From Marsupella aquatica (lineage: Eukaryota > Plantae > Marchantiophyta), in contig OZ316893.1 in NCBI GenBank assembly GCA_973895155.1, positions 10,111,660-10,175,659 of the forward strand: a stretch of 64,000 bases of DNA. The letters run 5' to 3'. The notes under the pieces were generated by a model, which did not search any database, was not told the DNA's origin, and saw nothing but the letters and a program-made list of their open reading frames with translations. Below, in pieces: positions 12,818-25,953 of the stretch. The position numbers and the translations under genes were made by a program. How positions within the stretch are numbered: position 1 is the stretch's first letter; each line of letters opens with the position of its first letter.

Positions 12818-15444
12818 AAAGTATCATAATACATAGAAAGCTGAATGAGACAAACGACCCGTATGGTCAAGCAGGAACCATGCCTAAAAATAAGGACACC
12901 CAACAGCGATTTTGAAGTCTTATATATCCCTTTTTACTTTCGTCCAGTCGTGTACGCAAAACTTGATCGCGATGACACGGATGTGAAGGGCATAATCCAG
13001 CAAGCAGGTTTCTGTTTCTGCAGCAACCTGTTGGCAAGGAATTGTAGACCCGGTTGGCACATGGTCGAATTTGTCAGCTTTTTCCATCTAACAGCATCCA
13101 GAATTTTTTCAAAAGATGGTACTCTCCTTAATATCGAGTCTGGTTCATAAGAGCTTCTATTAGTGTATCGAAGAGTTGTTCAATGCCCAGAAATTGAAAA
13201 TTCTCTACTCACATCTTAAGCACCGTAGCAGGGTAATGAAAACTTCTATTTTCCTGCACATTGCACAATCTAGGTGGTCTCTTGGAATATAACTTTGAAG
13301 ATAACATCCAAAATTGTTATGATTCATTGATGCGAGTCCTAGTAGTAACTACGTAGCTTATCCAAGAAGTCCACGAGTCCACTTTCTGTTATATAGGAAC
13401 TGACGTAGATAAGTATACAGTCTTAAGTACATAGTAGCACCTTATAACATTGATGCAGAGTCGTATATTCATTTTGCATATTTACATCACAAATTCAACT
13501 ACAAAATTCAGAGTAGAGCCTATGAGATTGATTCAAAGTCCTAAGGATATTTTGCATATTAGTTTCAACAAATTTTGCCACCAGGTTTTCATCAGCAACA
13601 GTGGGTTTTGCTCAAATGTATGCTACATTCTGAAGTGGATCGTTTTGTCTGTTAGAGATTCAGGGGACGTTGGTTGGCTTTTTACACAGGTGACAATCCA
13701 CTAGGGTGTTGTCCTGGCGCACCTAGACCATAGCCACGATGGCAAAGACTGCAGAACCAGGTTGCACTGGGGAAGCTATACCTAGGGATTCAAAAGGGCT
13801 CTTGGATAGCTAGTGGCACCATTAAGATGGTGGGGACGAGCACTCAAAAGACTAGTGAGGAGTAGCCAGACCACTGGACTTGGCCCTAACAGGGGCACTT
13901 TCCATCAGCTCTTAAATAAGGAGCCAAGGGCTAGGACACAAAATGGAAGGCTTTCCTGACCATCCAGTGCCAATTAGAAACTCGCAGGCTGCCTCAGTTT
14001 CAGTAACAACTGGCTTTGAGAGTTGATGGAACAGAGTCCCAAGGGCATTGTCTAGTCCATCAGTGCTGAAGGAGCTGATGGAATAAATCCTAAATCCATC
14101 CAGTACTCCCAATTAGAAACCATGAGAATGGAACCCTGAATAGCAGGATGCTTTCGAGACTCCTGTCTGGCTAAAACTAGGGGTCAGGAGTGTGAAATTT
14201 GGAATCTCACCTCTAATGTATAGAAACTAACCCAATGTCTGTGCCTCTATGTGTGCACTGAAGATGTTGCACCTCCATAGAGTAAGAATTGCATTTGTGG
14301 GTAAAGGGACACATCCAGGGAAGGGATGTACAGTTTCGTGTGGGAATCAGGAGAATTTTCACTGACAGAGGGCCCATTGCACATGGAGGCACTATAGCTC
14401 TTATCAATAAATACAAAATTCCATTGTTCACAGCACGGACCTAGAGAGAGACCAAGTGGATGCTTGCTCCAGATTGGCATTCATTAGAGCCTCTGGGCAT
14501 TCTGCTGGGGTCTGCTATTTTGGCTAGAACTGGCGGTCTACACTTTGGATTTGGAAGTGGACCTCCAAATAGTTTCAGATATATATGGTTCGTGCCTGAC
14601 TATTAGGGCACGCGCAATTGCCAAATTTCCTCTCCGTCTAGTTTATTTGGTGTCCTTGTGGGTGGAAAGGAGCACCAGTGAATATGCTCTTAGGGGGTGG
14701 GAGTCCTACACTTTCACCTCCTTGTGTTGGATGAACCATTACTCATTCCAGTTGGTAGGACAGTACAATGAGCTCTCACTAAGTGCACATTCCATGAGTG
14801 CAAAGCCATTCCTATTTTCCCAGCCATGTTGCATCTTCCCCCATTTTGTTTTGGTCAGCCTCTGCAGGAAATTTCCATACACAACCTTGACCAAACCCCA
14901 ACTTATTGGGACTCTTGACCCAGGAGCTTTTCCGTTGGAGAAATATCACAACACTCGCCCAGATGTTAACTCAACAACATCAATTTTTAATTTGGTCATC
15001 TTTCTGAAGGGTACCAATGATTCTTGAAGGGCGCTGGATGCATTTGTGCATGTAGGTTTTCAGAGTTGGGGCACTGACCGCCCTGTAGGCATTTACTCCC
15101 AAGTCTAGAGTAATGACTGTAACCATAGTTAGGCTAACCATAGTTGTCGACTTGGTTAAGTTAATGATGTTGTGTCCTACACACACAAGTAGTGTTAGCT
15201 TATGGAGTAACAACTAAGGCTCATTGTTACTGACCCACTTGAGAGACAGAGAGAACTTGTGGTGTGAAGACTTGATATGGCCAACAAATCTAAAGTGCAA
15301 CAAACTCTTGTGTAATTCTAGATGTAACTTCATCAAAGGTGAATCACTTATCTCTCTCTATCAACTACTTGTTCATTGGATGTCACATCATGTGCATGCC
15401 ATTATGAATTGTATCTTTGTTCAACAGGCCCTAGTTAGTGCCGG

Positions 15445-15590
15445 CCATCTGACCATCTGACCACCCCTAACCCATAATCTGACTATCTGACCATCTGACC
15501 ACCCCTAACCCAGCCTGCAGCGGTCAGACCACCCCTAACCCATAATCTGACTATCTGACCATCTGATCACCCCTAACCCAGCCTGCAGCA
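15445..15590 (+). repeat. Compound tandem repeat of CTGACCAT / GACCACCCCTAACCC units
   Basis: Four copies of ACCCCTAACCCA in an A-B-A-B arrangement (CCCATAATCTGACT alternating with CCCAGCCTGCAGC). Confidence 0.85.
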
Positions 15591-16096
15591 TTCTGGTTGA
15601 GTAAAACCTTACTTGAACAGAAAGTTTGAGACCCCCTAGGGTAACAAGTACAGTCCCAGGAGAAGGGCCAAGTGGATGGAAGCTCGCTCCAGATTGGCAT
15701 TCACTATGATTCGAGCCTTGCCGTCATCCGCGTCGACGAAGTGAAGTCCAATCTCCCCCTCTGTTCATTCCCCACGAAGCAATCATCGAACTTCCATCGT
15801 TGCGCTCCCTCTGCTCAGCGCCTCCAGCGTTCTGTAAAGCCTCCGTCTCGTGTGCTCTCCCGATCCGAGTCTGGTGGGTTTTCGTTTCGACCTCTGTGGT
15901 CGTCTCTGGAGTCTAGACTCTATCTTTTCCCTTTCCTTACATTTGGCATCGGGAACGCTGACAGATCCAGCAGTTCGGCGTGAATTTGATTGTTCAGGTT
16001 TGAGCTCCGAAGAGTCGGCCAGTTTTGGTGAGTGTGGTCCCGACGAGGAGGAGGGTCGGGTCGTGAGGTTATAGTAGTCTGTTTGATTGCTCGGAG

Positions 16097-16492
16097 ATGG
16101 CCATGAGAACGGTGGCTCGGAGATGGCCTGGAGCTTCTCAAGTGAGGGCGGTGTTGCGATCTGGACGGCAGCAGGAGCAGCAGCAGCTGCAGCAGAGTCG
16201 TGCTTATGCGCAGGAGGAAGGTTACACCGGGAAAGGGTTGGAGGAGAAGGAGAAGGCAGCGGAGAACCGCTACATCAGGCAAATGGAGCAGGAGCGCAAG
16301 CTGAAGAAGGCGACTGGAGAGACTAGTGCACATTCTGTGAGTACCCCTCACACGGTGACCCCAGCTGAAGAGACTGCGAGTGGTGGATTCCGCGCAACGG
16401 CGGTCGTGGCTGGGATTGTAGCAGTCGTTGCCGGTTATTGGTTGTTGTCGGGGTCCGGGTCGTCGAAGAAGGAGGAGAAGGAAAGCACCTAA
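16097..16492 (+). CDS. Small mitochondrial protein, At2g27730 / complex I subunit P2-like, with an IF1-like motif
   Basis: Arg-rich presequence (MAMRTVARR...), core GKGLEEKEKAAENRYIRQMEQERKLKK and C-terminal hydrophobic AVVAGIVAVVAGYWLL match my recollection of the At2g27730 family. The ORF is uninterrupted. Confidence 0.8.
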   Translation: MAMRTVARRWPGASQVRAVLRSGRQQEQQQLQQSRAYAQEEGYTGKGLEEKEKAAENRYIRQMEQERKLKKATGETSAHSVSTPHTVTPAEETASGGFRATAVVAGIVAVVAGYWLLSGSGSSKKEEKEST

Positions 16493-19400
16493 GAGCCTAA
16501 GATGCATGCAATGCACCTGTCAGTTGGACCATCAGTTACCGCTCGCCGTCAACCTGTTTGTCATGTTTCTCGTCTTTTATATGACTCTTGATTATCTAGT
16601 GAGGACTGGTGGTCCAATTCTCTGAAACAAGGAAGTGAAACTCGAACATTTTGCACGGGGAATTCTGGTCTAGTCAGAGATCTAAAGGTCATAATAATAA
16701 TAATAATAATCTGTGGTTGGCCTTTGGTATACTCGAACATCAAGCATTTTGTGTGCCACGTTTCTTTTGACAACGAAGATGGGTATTCTCTAGCTGTTTG
16801 GCCCTCTGCATATTATTTAGGCTGCCTGCAGTGTTGAAAAGTTCCACATGGTACGTTTGTACATACATCCCGACTGCTTAGAGTTTGGTGGTAGTTCTGT
16901 TCACTCAAAACGAGAGAGATGACTGGAATTTAATTTCAGTGGGATGGTATTAGAATGGAAGTTTGGTGGAATAAAAGTAGCGAAACTATATTCTGCGTTT
17001 TGTTTAGACTCCGCTCCGTAGGAAAATGATTATGGCGGCTCCCTCTGCTTACACTCCTTTCAGCACTTCCTGTTTGAGTGGCAGATCTGGGTCTAGACCT
17101 AAATTCCTGATGTGTTCGGTGAGGCATACCAATCTCTTCGCACATTTCTGTGGCTCTTTTATTGGAATACAGGAGGCCAGTTCACTAGACATGTGGGTTA
17201 CAGTCGGAGAATTAGATCTGCACGCTGGCTACTCTCTTGATTTCTTTGCTCACTTTCTTCCTTCTATTTTAAAATTTTCTTTTATTAGCTTTGAGAATGA
17301 TTCTTTGATCCTTCACTCACGTTCCTTGCAATGTCTTATGTGGGTCGTCTCCACATGGACTTCTCTTCCATCGAGAGAAGAGAAGGTTATGATTTGGTTA
17401 CCCCCACATTATTCTCCTCTCGAAGGGAAATGGTTATGATCTCCAACCAAGGAGGGATCACCAACATTGCGGCTGATGTTCCTATTTTGGAGACTGTTCC
17501 TTTGAGTAGACGAGAATCAATCAAAAGCTTGGATATTCCATTGGGTGACCTTGGAAGTTTCTTTAGCTTGTGATTTTGGGACACCAAAATCATATCTCGA
17601 CCTCAGCACTCGGCACAAGAGGCTACGACCCGAAGGACTCGTGTAATTTTATTGCGCATGGAGCCTATGCCACAATTGAACCACAAAAATACGATTCCCC
17701 GTTGTAGAATGCACCCGGCAGAACAAAGTCGAGTGCAGCGATAAGGCAGCCCCATTTCTATGCGGTATCTGGGTCGGTGGCAGAATTGTACTAGTTGAAG
17801 CCCCACTCATTCACTTTGGCAGTGGATATTGTGACCTTCATGTTTTTACAATGAGCGCAATTATTTTCCGCAGACTCCTGCAGAACATCCCTGGTTCGTG
17901 AACCGTTACACAAAATTCAACCGGGTCCAGTCATTCAGAAATCTTCAACCGTAGCCCGCCGTGAATTTGAAATGAGGCTATGAAATTTGTCCTATCTCTT
18001 TTGTAAAAAGGTTCCCACCCTTGTTTGTGGTAGCTTCGAACGAAAGTTTACAGAAGAGCAAGTGATTATAATAGTTTCCATCGGACATAATACACCTCTT
18101 TTCAAATGGAAATGACTGATTTCCATCACAGCGGAGAGACGAACAGTGTCAAAATGTAGTAGGAAAACGGATGGAGAGTCGATCCCATAGATTCTCAGTC
18201 GTTGAAGGCATTTCTTATTTGAACCGATACATGACAAAACTGTTTTCTGGTACAGCACTCGTGATTAGTCAAAGCTAGCTAAGAAAAAAACTTAACAGCC
18301 TTACAAACAAGTAGGTGCTAGACCTACATCGCGTTCCTACTGTCTTACTCCTGAATCCGGACACCATAGAATGACACCCACTTGGTTGTTGCAAGCTTCA
18401 ATCAAAACGAGATAACATTGTGGGCCATGCTCGCGGGTGACGTTGAAGCATTTTCTAGGATTTTTGTTCTCCATGAAGAAAAATACTCGTGAAACATTTT
18501 GAGCTTTTTATTGTCACCATCTCCTAAGTTTGTAGAGAAGAAGCCAACTCAATTCCATTCCCCTAACTAATATTTTATGCTCTGCGTCATTCCAGTTCCC
18601 TAACGCCATTTTATATTTCTCTAAACCAATCGCCCTTAGCACTTTTAGCATCGAGAACTGAAATAGTAGCTTTAGTTGTGCCACGCTGGAGATGTTTTGC
18701 TAGCCGCCTCCAAAACTTGTAAAGATGTGGTTCTCTCCCCGGGAAAGACATTTTGACTTGGAATTTAGGAGCGGGATTCTGCGTGGAAGAACAGCAGGAA
18801 GGATGGCTGGTCAGCATTGGAACTCCCATGAAAACCCAAACCAACCAACAAGCAAGACCCAGGCTGACAGCCCCCCCCCCCCCCCCCCCCCCTCCCCGGT
18901 GAAGGCAAACTGACAGTTCAAATTCAGAATTTACAATACTTCAAGAAAGGATCCGGTCGACACACCCAGAACACCAAAGAAACCGGAACAGCTTGGATGA
19001 GGACACTCACCGTAAACGTATTCAAGATCTACAAACTTTACGATGAAAGGAGAGCGGTTTCCGCGGCAGATAAGGTACCTGATTCAACACACCCGGAGCC
19101 AAGTATCAACTCTCATAACGTGAGCCTGTTGACGGCTGGCCGATCACGTTCACCTCGCGGCAGTCCCAGCCGTGACCGACCAGGACTTCCCAGCGTCTTG
19201 AAATTTCTCAATATAGCTCGGAAAGGCTGTCATCCACAAGCCAAAACAAGAAGTCAGGAGATTAAGAGAGGGAATTGTCGGGATGAATCGAGTAACGACG
19301 ATACTGGCTCAATATATTCGGAGCATTCTATCAAGATTGTCCATGTCATTCCTTTTTTCGATGGCTGGAACATAGATATGCAAAGACATTGTACTCAAAT

Positions 19401-19644
19401 CGAAAGAGGGAATTCTATTGACGTAATCCGTACATCTCTTTCCCCCACTGGCTGCAACAGATGCCCACAGAAAGACCTCTCTGGAATAGCATAGAGCGCA
19501 ATTGTAAGGCAGGGCAATTCAGAGCGGTTCAGACTATACAATTATCATTCAACTCTTCTCCCAATTGGACCCATAGCGTTTAACTGCGACAGTCATTACC
19601 CCATACTTAAGTCCGCAAAACTATCCACAAAGAAGCTCTCACGA

Positions 19645-21876
19645 TTATTTCTCGAACCATGCAAACGGTGATGGACCTACCAAGCATGTCGTCATTCCCG
19701 ACTTCTTTGTAAGACCCTGCTTCCTGGCTAGTCGAGAGTCGGGGGTGCAATCACCGAGTCCGCCAGTGGGGTTAAATACTGGAGAGCTGCTGCTGGCATT
19801 GCCATCCTCGAACATCGGAGCACAGCCGGCTCGTCTAATAAAACTCGACGGAATGGCATCCTGGTATCCTTGCTGAAACGCGATCCCCCTCGCAACCTTA
19901 CTCCACGACTCTGCCCGAGACATCCCCAGCTCCGTCACGTCAGACCCACGGGCAAAAGACATCGAGTCCTCGCTGCGCAGAGACGCATCGTAGTCGAGCG
20001 AGATGGAGAATCTTCTGGAGGCCTCGGATTCTGTGAAGGTCTTGTTGTGCGGTGAGTTGTGGCCGTAGGCTTTCCGACCGGATACTCCTCCTCCTTCCTC
20101 ATCACCCTCGTTCGAGCGGGTGAACACAAATGCAGATGATACAGGCGAGTAGGTGAATCTCAGCCCATCCATGGCACCTCTTATCACTTCCTCTGCTCTC
20201 ACTGAATCGAGATCTGCCTGCTGTTCGTCCCAAGAAATCTCCTGATGTCTAGTCAGAGTGTTAGACTTACTGTTAGTGAGGCTGCTGGATACGGAATCAT
20301 CGCCATGTTCAACCCATGAGCTCGGATGACTGGAGAGAAACCTCTTGTCTCTCAAAGAATAGTCATCCACACTCATTGGGCGGTGGTAGTTCAGTGACCG
20401 CCTGATGGGCCCCGAGATGGAGCTGCCCGAGGAACTGCGAGCCAGAGAGGCGACACTGGAGGAGGGGCTGATATTAGACTGTTGACCAACAATCTCCTCC
20501 TCACTGTCAGAGTAGAAATCCATGGTGCTGTATTCCGGCTCCAAGTCGAAGCGTGGTACTGCTGCACCCCTTGCCCAAGCCGGACTGCGACGAACCTGTT
20601 CATTGTGGGTGAACAAGTCATCGTCGTCGTCATCATCATCAATTGGACTCTTGGCATAAGTCGGGGTCGCTTCCCCATCCAAGTAAGTGTCAATTTCCAC
20701 GAAAGAATCCTCGAACCGTTTTGATTTCTCTGGATCAATGGCGAGTGCTGCCTGCAACGCAACGAGGCATTGCCCCATGTAGCGAGTGGATGAGCTTGTG
20801 CTTGCTCTGGGAGATTCATGTGCAGACGGCGAAGAGAAGCTTGAGAGCCGGCGGCGTGCAAGTCCAATTCCGGGCAGAGGAGCGGCGGGTGCAAGCCTTG
20901 GTGGACTATGAACTGAAGATCCGGAGCTTCCACTCGAATTGGTGGTGGGCGGACTGGCCGGCCGTTGCAGAATGCTCACTGGGGATTCCTCCTCGTAGTA
21001 TTTGTACTTTGAATTCTCGCTGTTATCGTAAAGGTTAGCATCGCTCCTAATGCGATGATTCTCCAGCCCCCTAAGCACTTCAGGGCTTTTGTGTAAGGCC
21101 AGCCTCTTGATATGCTTCCCATCCCCTGAGGATGAACGAACGTTGGTCAATTGCCGAATCGGTGATACACCCCTTGCATTAGGACTGGACGACAGCCTGC
21201 CTCGTTGCAGCTCCAGCTGCTCTCTCCCAATCTTATATTCCTTCTTCTGGGATGAAGCTGAAGATGGAGAGTTGGACATAGAGATAGATCGGCTGGGAGG
21301 CATCTGAAGCTGCTTAGCTTGATTAGGAGAGGTTACTCTCTGCAACTTTGATTTCCTGGGCTGTGCCTCCCAATCGAAAGGAACTGCCGCTGCATCTCCT
21401 GCCAATGACATACTTCCGTGCAAAATCTTCTCAGCAGATCCAGATATGAGGATACGACGATTGATGGGGGCTTTGAAACTTCCTGAATATGCTTCCTTGC
21501 CGGTGGACCTCACGTCATCCTGAACTTGGTTCTCATCGGCTCTAGAGATCTCGAAACTGGGACTACAGTTTACGTCCACAGCCGGAGGAGACCTCGACAT
21601 TCCAAGAAAATCTGACAATGGCTTGCTCTGGCGCACTGCGCTAAATTCACCGGATGGTTGCCTGCTGCGGAGTAACTTCCGATCGAGATAGACGTGTTTG
21701 ATCTCCGCCGGCCCTGCTGCTGCATCAGAAGTGGACCCGGGAGTCCCATTCTTCGCAAGTACCTTCGGCTTGCCGAGCGTCTCCCAATCGAATCCCACAC
21801 CTGAATGCTGTACCGCATCTTCGAAAACTTCCGATTCATCTGTGGAAAACTCTAACAGAGCCGACTCCAGCAACAT
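19645..21876 (-). CDS. Ser-rich, probably disordered plant protein (about 743 aa) with DUF688-like motifs
   Basis: Uninterrupted 2.2-kb ORF; first ATG at 21876. Contains VGFDWETLGKPK and AVPFDWEAQPRKSK, resembling the VPFxWExxPGxPK motif of DUF688-type proteins. Extra exons cannot be excluded. Confidence 0.75.
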   Translation of the reverse strand: MLLESALLEFSTDESEVFEDAVQHSGVGFDWETLGKPKVLAKNGTPGSTSDAAAGPAEIKHVYLDRKLLRSRQPSGEFSAVRQSKPLSDFLGMSRSPPAVDVNCSPSFEISRADENQVQDDVRSTGKEAYSGSFKAPINRRILISGSAEKILHGSMSLAGDAAAVPFDWEAQPRKSKLQRVTSPNQAKQLQMPPSRSISMSNSPSSASSQKKEYKIGREQLELQRGRLSSSPNARGVSPIRQLTNVRSSSGDGKHIKRLALHKSPEVLRGLENHRIRSDANLYDNSENSKYKYYEEESPVSILQRPASPPTTNSSGSSGSSVHSPPRLAPAAPLPGIGLARRRLSSFSSPSAHESPRASTSSSTRYMGQCLVALQAALAIDPEKSKRFEDSFVEIDTYLDGEATPTYAKSPIDDDDDDDDLFTHNEQVRRSPAWARGAAVPRFDLEPEYSTMDFYSDSEEEIVGQQSNISPSSSVASLARSSSGSSISGPIRRSLNYHRPMSVDDYSLRDKRFLSSHPSSWVEHGDDSVSSSLTNSKSNTLTRHQEISWDEQQADLDSVRAEEVIRGAMDGLRFTYSPVSSAFVFTRSNEGDEEGGGVSGRKAYGHNSPHNKTFTESEASRRFSISLDYDASLRSEDSMSFARGSDVTELGMSRAESWSKVARGIAFQQGYQDAIPSSFIRRAGCAPMFEDGNASSSSPVFNPTGGLGDCTPDSRLARKQGLTKKSGMTTCLVGPSPFAWFEK

Positions 21877-24349
21877 CCTGGACACTCGCTATATCCCTGC
21901 GCGTCTTCCTCCCTTCCCCAATAAAATCACCTCAGAAGCACTTGTCGCTTGTACTGAGTACGTTGAGCTTAAGAAAAATTGCCTGTAATGCTCCAGCTCG
22001 AAAGTTCAAAGCAGCACCAGCCGCCTTCGCATGTTTTCTCCCCACCCTGTTCAGAAGCCACAACTCGGGCGAAATTGACAAGCCCTGGGATCATTAGGAA
22101 CCATCCCATGCTGCTTTGACTGATCGAGTCAGGTTCCGTGCCCAATTACGTCCTACAGTAGTGAGTCCTCGGAATCCACATGAGGAAGGCAGAGAGGCCC
22201 TACTCCTACACAATCCATAGCAGGCGGTCAGACATTTCAGCTCGCTCAAGAATGTGTAGTACTCCCACCGAGAGGAAGCGAGAATGCCCACAAGAGCCCT
22301 CTCAAGCGCTGAGCATCTCAATTACGAGAGAGGAAGAGGAGAGCTCGAGGGCAGAAACTAGTCTGCAGCAGCACAGGTGATGCGGCACGCACTGTACCGG
22401 CGTAGTAGAAGGAGCAGCAGCTGCGAGCTGAGCCATCATGTGCGAGGCATACACAAATACAGACACGATCGACTCTCTGTCAAGAACCCCACAGGGAGTA
22501 ATCAATTGCGCCTAGCGGGGGTGGGCATGGAATTAAGGAAAGGACGGAGAGAGACACACCGCGAGAGAGTGAGATCCGGAAGCAGCCACTGCACTGCTCA
22601 ACGAGAGCTAAAACTGGAAGAACCCCGGGAGCAACAGTGCACAGCCCCACGAGCAGCGCTACAGCAGTGCAGGAATTGCGACGGAATTGCGAGAAACACC
22701 CCACCGCTCCAGCGAAGCAGAGGAAAATATCACGCGTGCCGGAGTCTCCTCCATCGCCTGATCAGAGGGAGAAGGAGCACAACGAGCAGCAGAATCGGAG
22801 CTTGATCAAAGGCGAGAAATGCTTACGAAGCGTAAATGCCTGATCATCCGAAGGGAGCAATTCCTGTCGTCCTTCACATCATTCTGAGAATCTGGGTGAA
22901 TAAAGAGCGCCACATGCAGTCAAGCTGAACACATCACAGAATCTGAGAGCACCAGCAGCAGGACCGCACTCACCGCAGAAGCTGCATCAAGGAGCTGAAC
23001 ATGTGCACGAGAGAATGAATGCACCCCAACAGATTATACTCCGCACTCTTCTCAGAATCCGCTCGTGTTTCCCCACATTCCCGCGGTTCTGTCTTTTACT
23101 CCGCTGAATCACTCCTTCAATAGAGGTGTGAATTCCATCCCCATGACCCCACCCCATAGCACGCCCATTGGTGCCTTTTCATTTTTACTAGCCCAAGTAT
23201 TCATATGAAATTCATATTTTGTCATACTATAATATCCAATTCCGCCAAAGTTTGTCCATCATCCACTTACAAAAATAGTTCTGAGCGGGAATGATCAGCA
23301 ACCGTTGATTTTTTTGCATTTTTTCCCTAATTACTCAATGCTAAAAGGAGACCCTTGAATGCAAAAAGAGGTGAGACAGGGGTACTCCATCCTCATGTTG
23401 GGCCTGAGACAGGGGTATGCCCCACTGCCCACTAGTACCTGGCAAGGGTAAAAAAGTCACTCAGAAGAAAATGAACAGACCCCTGGCCCAAAAACTCTCC
23501 CACCTAGTCAGGCCATGAAACCCTGAAAAGCCATGACAAAGTAGCTCTTGCAGTGTCCCAGATTGGCTTAATTCTATTCTTCATACACATAGCCTTCGCC
23601 AAAATGTAAATGAAAAATCCTGCACATGCTAGAGCTAACTAGAGACCTGCATATTATGTGCATATGCAGGTAGACAGGGTATGGTAGACTATAATATCCC
23701 AGAAAGGGATAGTAACCAACCTTAACGGCCTACATAGAGAGCATACTTTGATTACAAATTATGTATAGACTTTGACTCCCCATACATCTCCCTACAAATA
23801 AACATACTCTAAATATCAAAAAATTATGCTACCCAAGGAAAGAAATCAGGGCATGGATTCACTCGATCCATTAAGTCTTGAACTTAGACTTCATTTGCAA
23901 ACTAGAGTTTAGCTACTTCCAGAAAATGACAATGGCAAAGGGCCAGGATGAAAACTTGCCAGACTCCCCTTGTAACTGAAACGTGTCACTGTGCCTGTGA
24001 GACATTTTGCCTTCAAATTCAGAAACATAGGACAAGTATCACAGTTTGCAACCCACCCACGGCTCCCACATACATCCCTGGCGCTTCGGACTAGTCGCCA
24101 GATAGGATGGTCTTAATCACGCGATGTGGATGGATGGAGGGTAGGGATTGACCCTACAGTTGCGTACAAGATAGAGTGGCTGAGCTCGGATTGCGAGTAC
24201 CTGTCAATCACATCAAAACACCACGACGAGCGATGAACGACTTGGCGAGATCGACGCTCAGACGTGCGCGTTGCTATTTTAGATGGGAAGGCTCAAGTAC
24301 AAGGACGAACGGATGGGGACTTGAACGCGATGGAAGAACGGCATGACGA

Positions 24350-24830
24350 CATAGCTAAATTAGCAGTCCCTCCATCTGTCCCTGGGACCTTACTGCCGCC
24401 ACATCGCGTGTTGAGGAGACCTGACCCGCTTTCGATACAACGGGGGAGGAACGGCCTGACGGGCTGCTAAACTAGCGGGCCCTGCATCCATCCTGCCAGC
24501 CGACGGAAGCCCCGACATCGCGTGGTGAGGATGACGCCCCTCCAAGAGGGAAAGATCGGTCGGCCCTTGGATGACCTGACCCACTTCTGATACGAAGTGG
24601 AAGCCCGCGAATTCCACGTGCCCGATTTCTATAGATCCGAAGGCTCGGGGTACAACGATGCACCAGTCGGGATATTGGGAACATTGGCGCGATGGGACGA
24701 ACGGTTCGCCGGGCTGCTAAATTAGCGGTCCTCCATCCATCCCTGTCAGGCGACGGAATTGCCGCCACCTAAGGATGGCGTCCCTCCAATAGGGAAAGAT
24801 CTTCGACCCTTGGATGACTGACTCGCTGTG
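24350..24830 (+). repeat. Diverged internal repeats (about 250-bp period), probably a TE relic
   Basis: GCTAAA(T/C)TAGC...CCATC occurs at about 24354, 24466 and 24716. GGATG.CG.CCCTCCAA.AGGGAAAGATC...CCCTTGGATGAC occurs at about 24529 and 24773. Confidence 0.65.
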
Positions 24831-25800
24831 AATACCGTCAGATTGATTTTCGTCTTAACTCTTCCGGTCTCGACTGGTCTGCAAAAGTTATCGATTTAAG
24901 AGCGTTAATATAATGTTCAAAATTATTTGTAATGTATCGTAAATCGATGCTGTTGGAGTTTTAAACTGACGACTCAGACTGGACCACTATACTGTAACAT
25001 AATCAAGAAATTGACGAAGATGTCTCCGAGGCAGTCTGTCGGCAGTGGTCAGAGAAGCACATGGGTGCTGTCACCCAACTGTGGTGGAAGGCCCTCTCTA
25101 GGCGTATTTCGTTTTGTATTTTCTACAGTTTTGATAAGTCAAACTTGTCTTGTAACTAGTGTGTTAGGTAACGCCCTCGACGAGGGTATGCCCCAAAATC
25201 AAGGGTAATAGTCGAATTCTAAATCCGAGTATTACCCTTAGATGTAGGAAGATTTTCAGGAAAATCTTTCTGTATGTTTTAAAGAAGACAATGTTAGCAT
25301 CTTCTCTTGACATTCGCCACCGTGGCAAGATTATATGAAAATCTTTGGAATTTGACCCTGCCTCGGGCTCCTGGGAGATCTCCCAAAGGGGGAAGGCGTT
25401 AAGTGATTTTGTCCCCAACACTGAAATTTCCAAAATCAGCATAAGACAGTGAGAATGCCCTCATACTTTGTGAACCACCTGCCTGTTTGTCTCATCTGGC
25501 ATCTGGCGCTTTCAAAATTACAGAAGAAAATGTTGGGGAGTGCCGAAATTAGGTGTGAAGAATATTTTCCCTTGCAATCACCAAACAAACTTTTAGCTAA
25601 TTGGCTTCTATACTATACCAAATGCCAAATCTTTGAGCATAAACAGAGACGAGAGGACATTCAATCCCGTGAAGCCACATGTCTCTGTTTAGTTTCCGCT
25701 ATTAAAACATTTTACATGAATAAAAAATAAAGAAGCCCAAGGAAGGAAGTGAGAGGACATTCACTTGATTGAAGCAAAGGAATCAGCAGGAACGGTCCTC

Positions 25801-25953
25801 CAAAGGAAGGGAGAGAGAACCAAGGCTTCACCTAAACCCTAAACGATAAACAACCTAGACTGAAACCTGGAAGAACCAAGAGCCAAAGGAAGGGAGACAA
25901 ACCAAGGCTTAAGAGAAACAAACTAGACTGAAACCTGGACGAACCAAGAGCCG
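25801..25953 (+). repeat. Tandem duplication, about 70-80 bp unit
   Basis: CAAAGGAAGGGAGA...ACCAAGGCTT...CTAGACTGAAACCTGGA.GAACCAAGAGCC occurs twice. Confidence 0.8.

Noticed and set aside
13690-15230. Several short ORFs in a TE-like tract
   Set aside because: No recognisable domain motifs in any frame.
15920-16516. 198-aa minus-strand ORF and other antisense/overlapping ORFs in the ORF track
   Set aside because: These are shadows of real genes or TE ORFs on the opposite strand or in another frame.
18870-18892. Poly-C run (and G-run at about 47533-47560)
   Set aside because: Simple homopolymers prone to slippage or sequencing error; no evidence of function.
25201-25239. Hairpin AAGGGTAATA...TATTACCCTT
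   Set aside because: Isolated 10-bp stem without associated element termini or RNA gene features.
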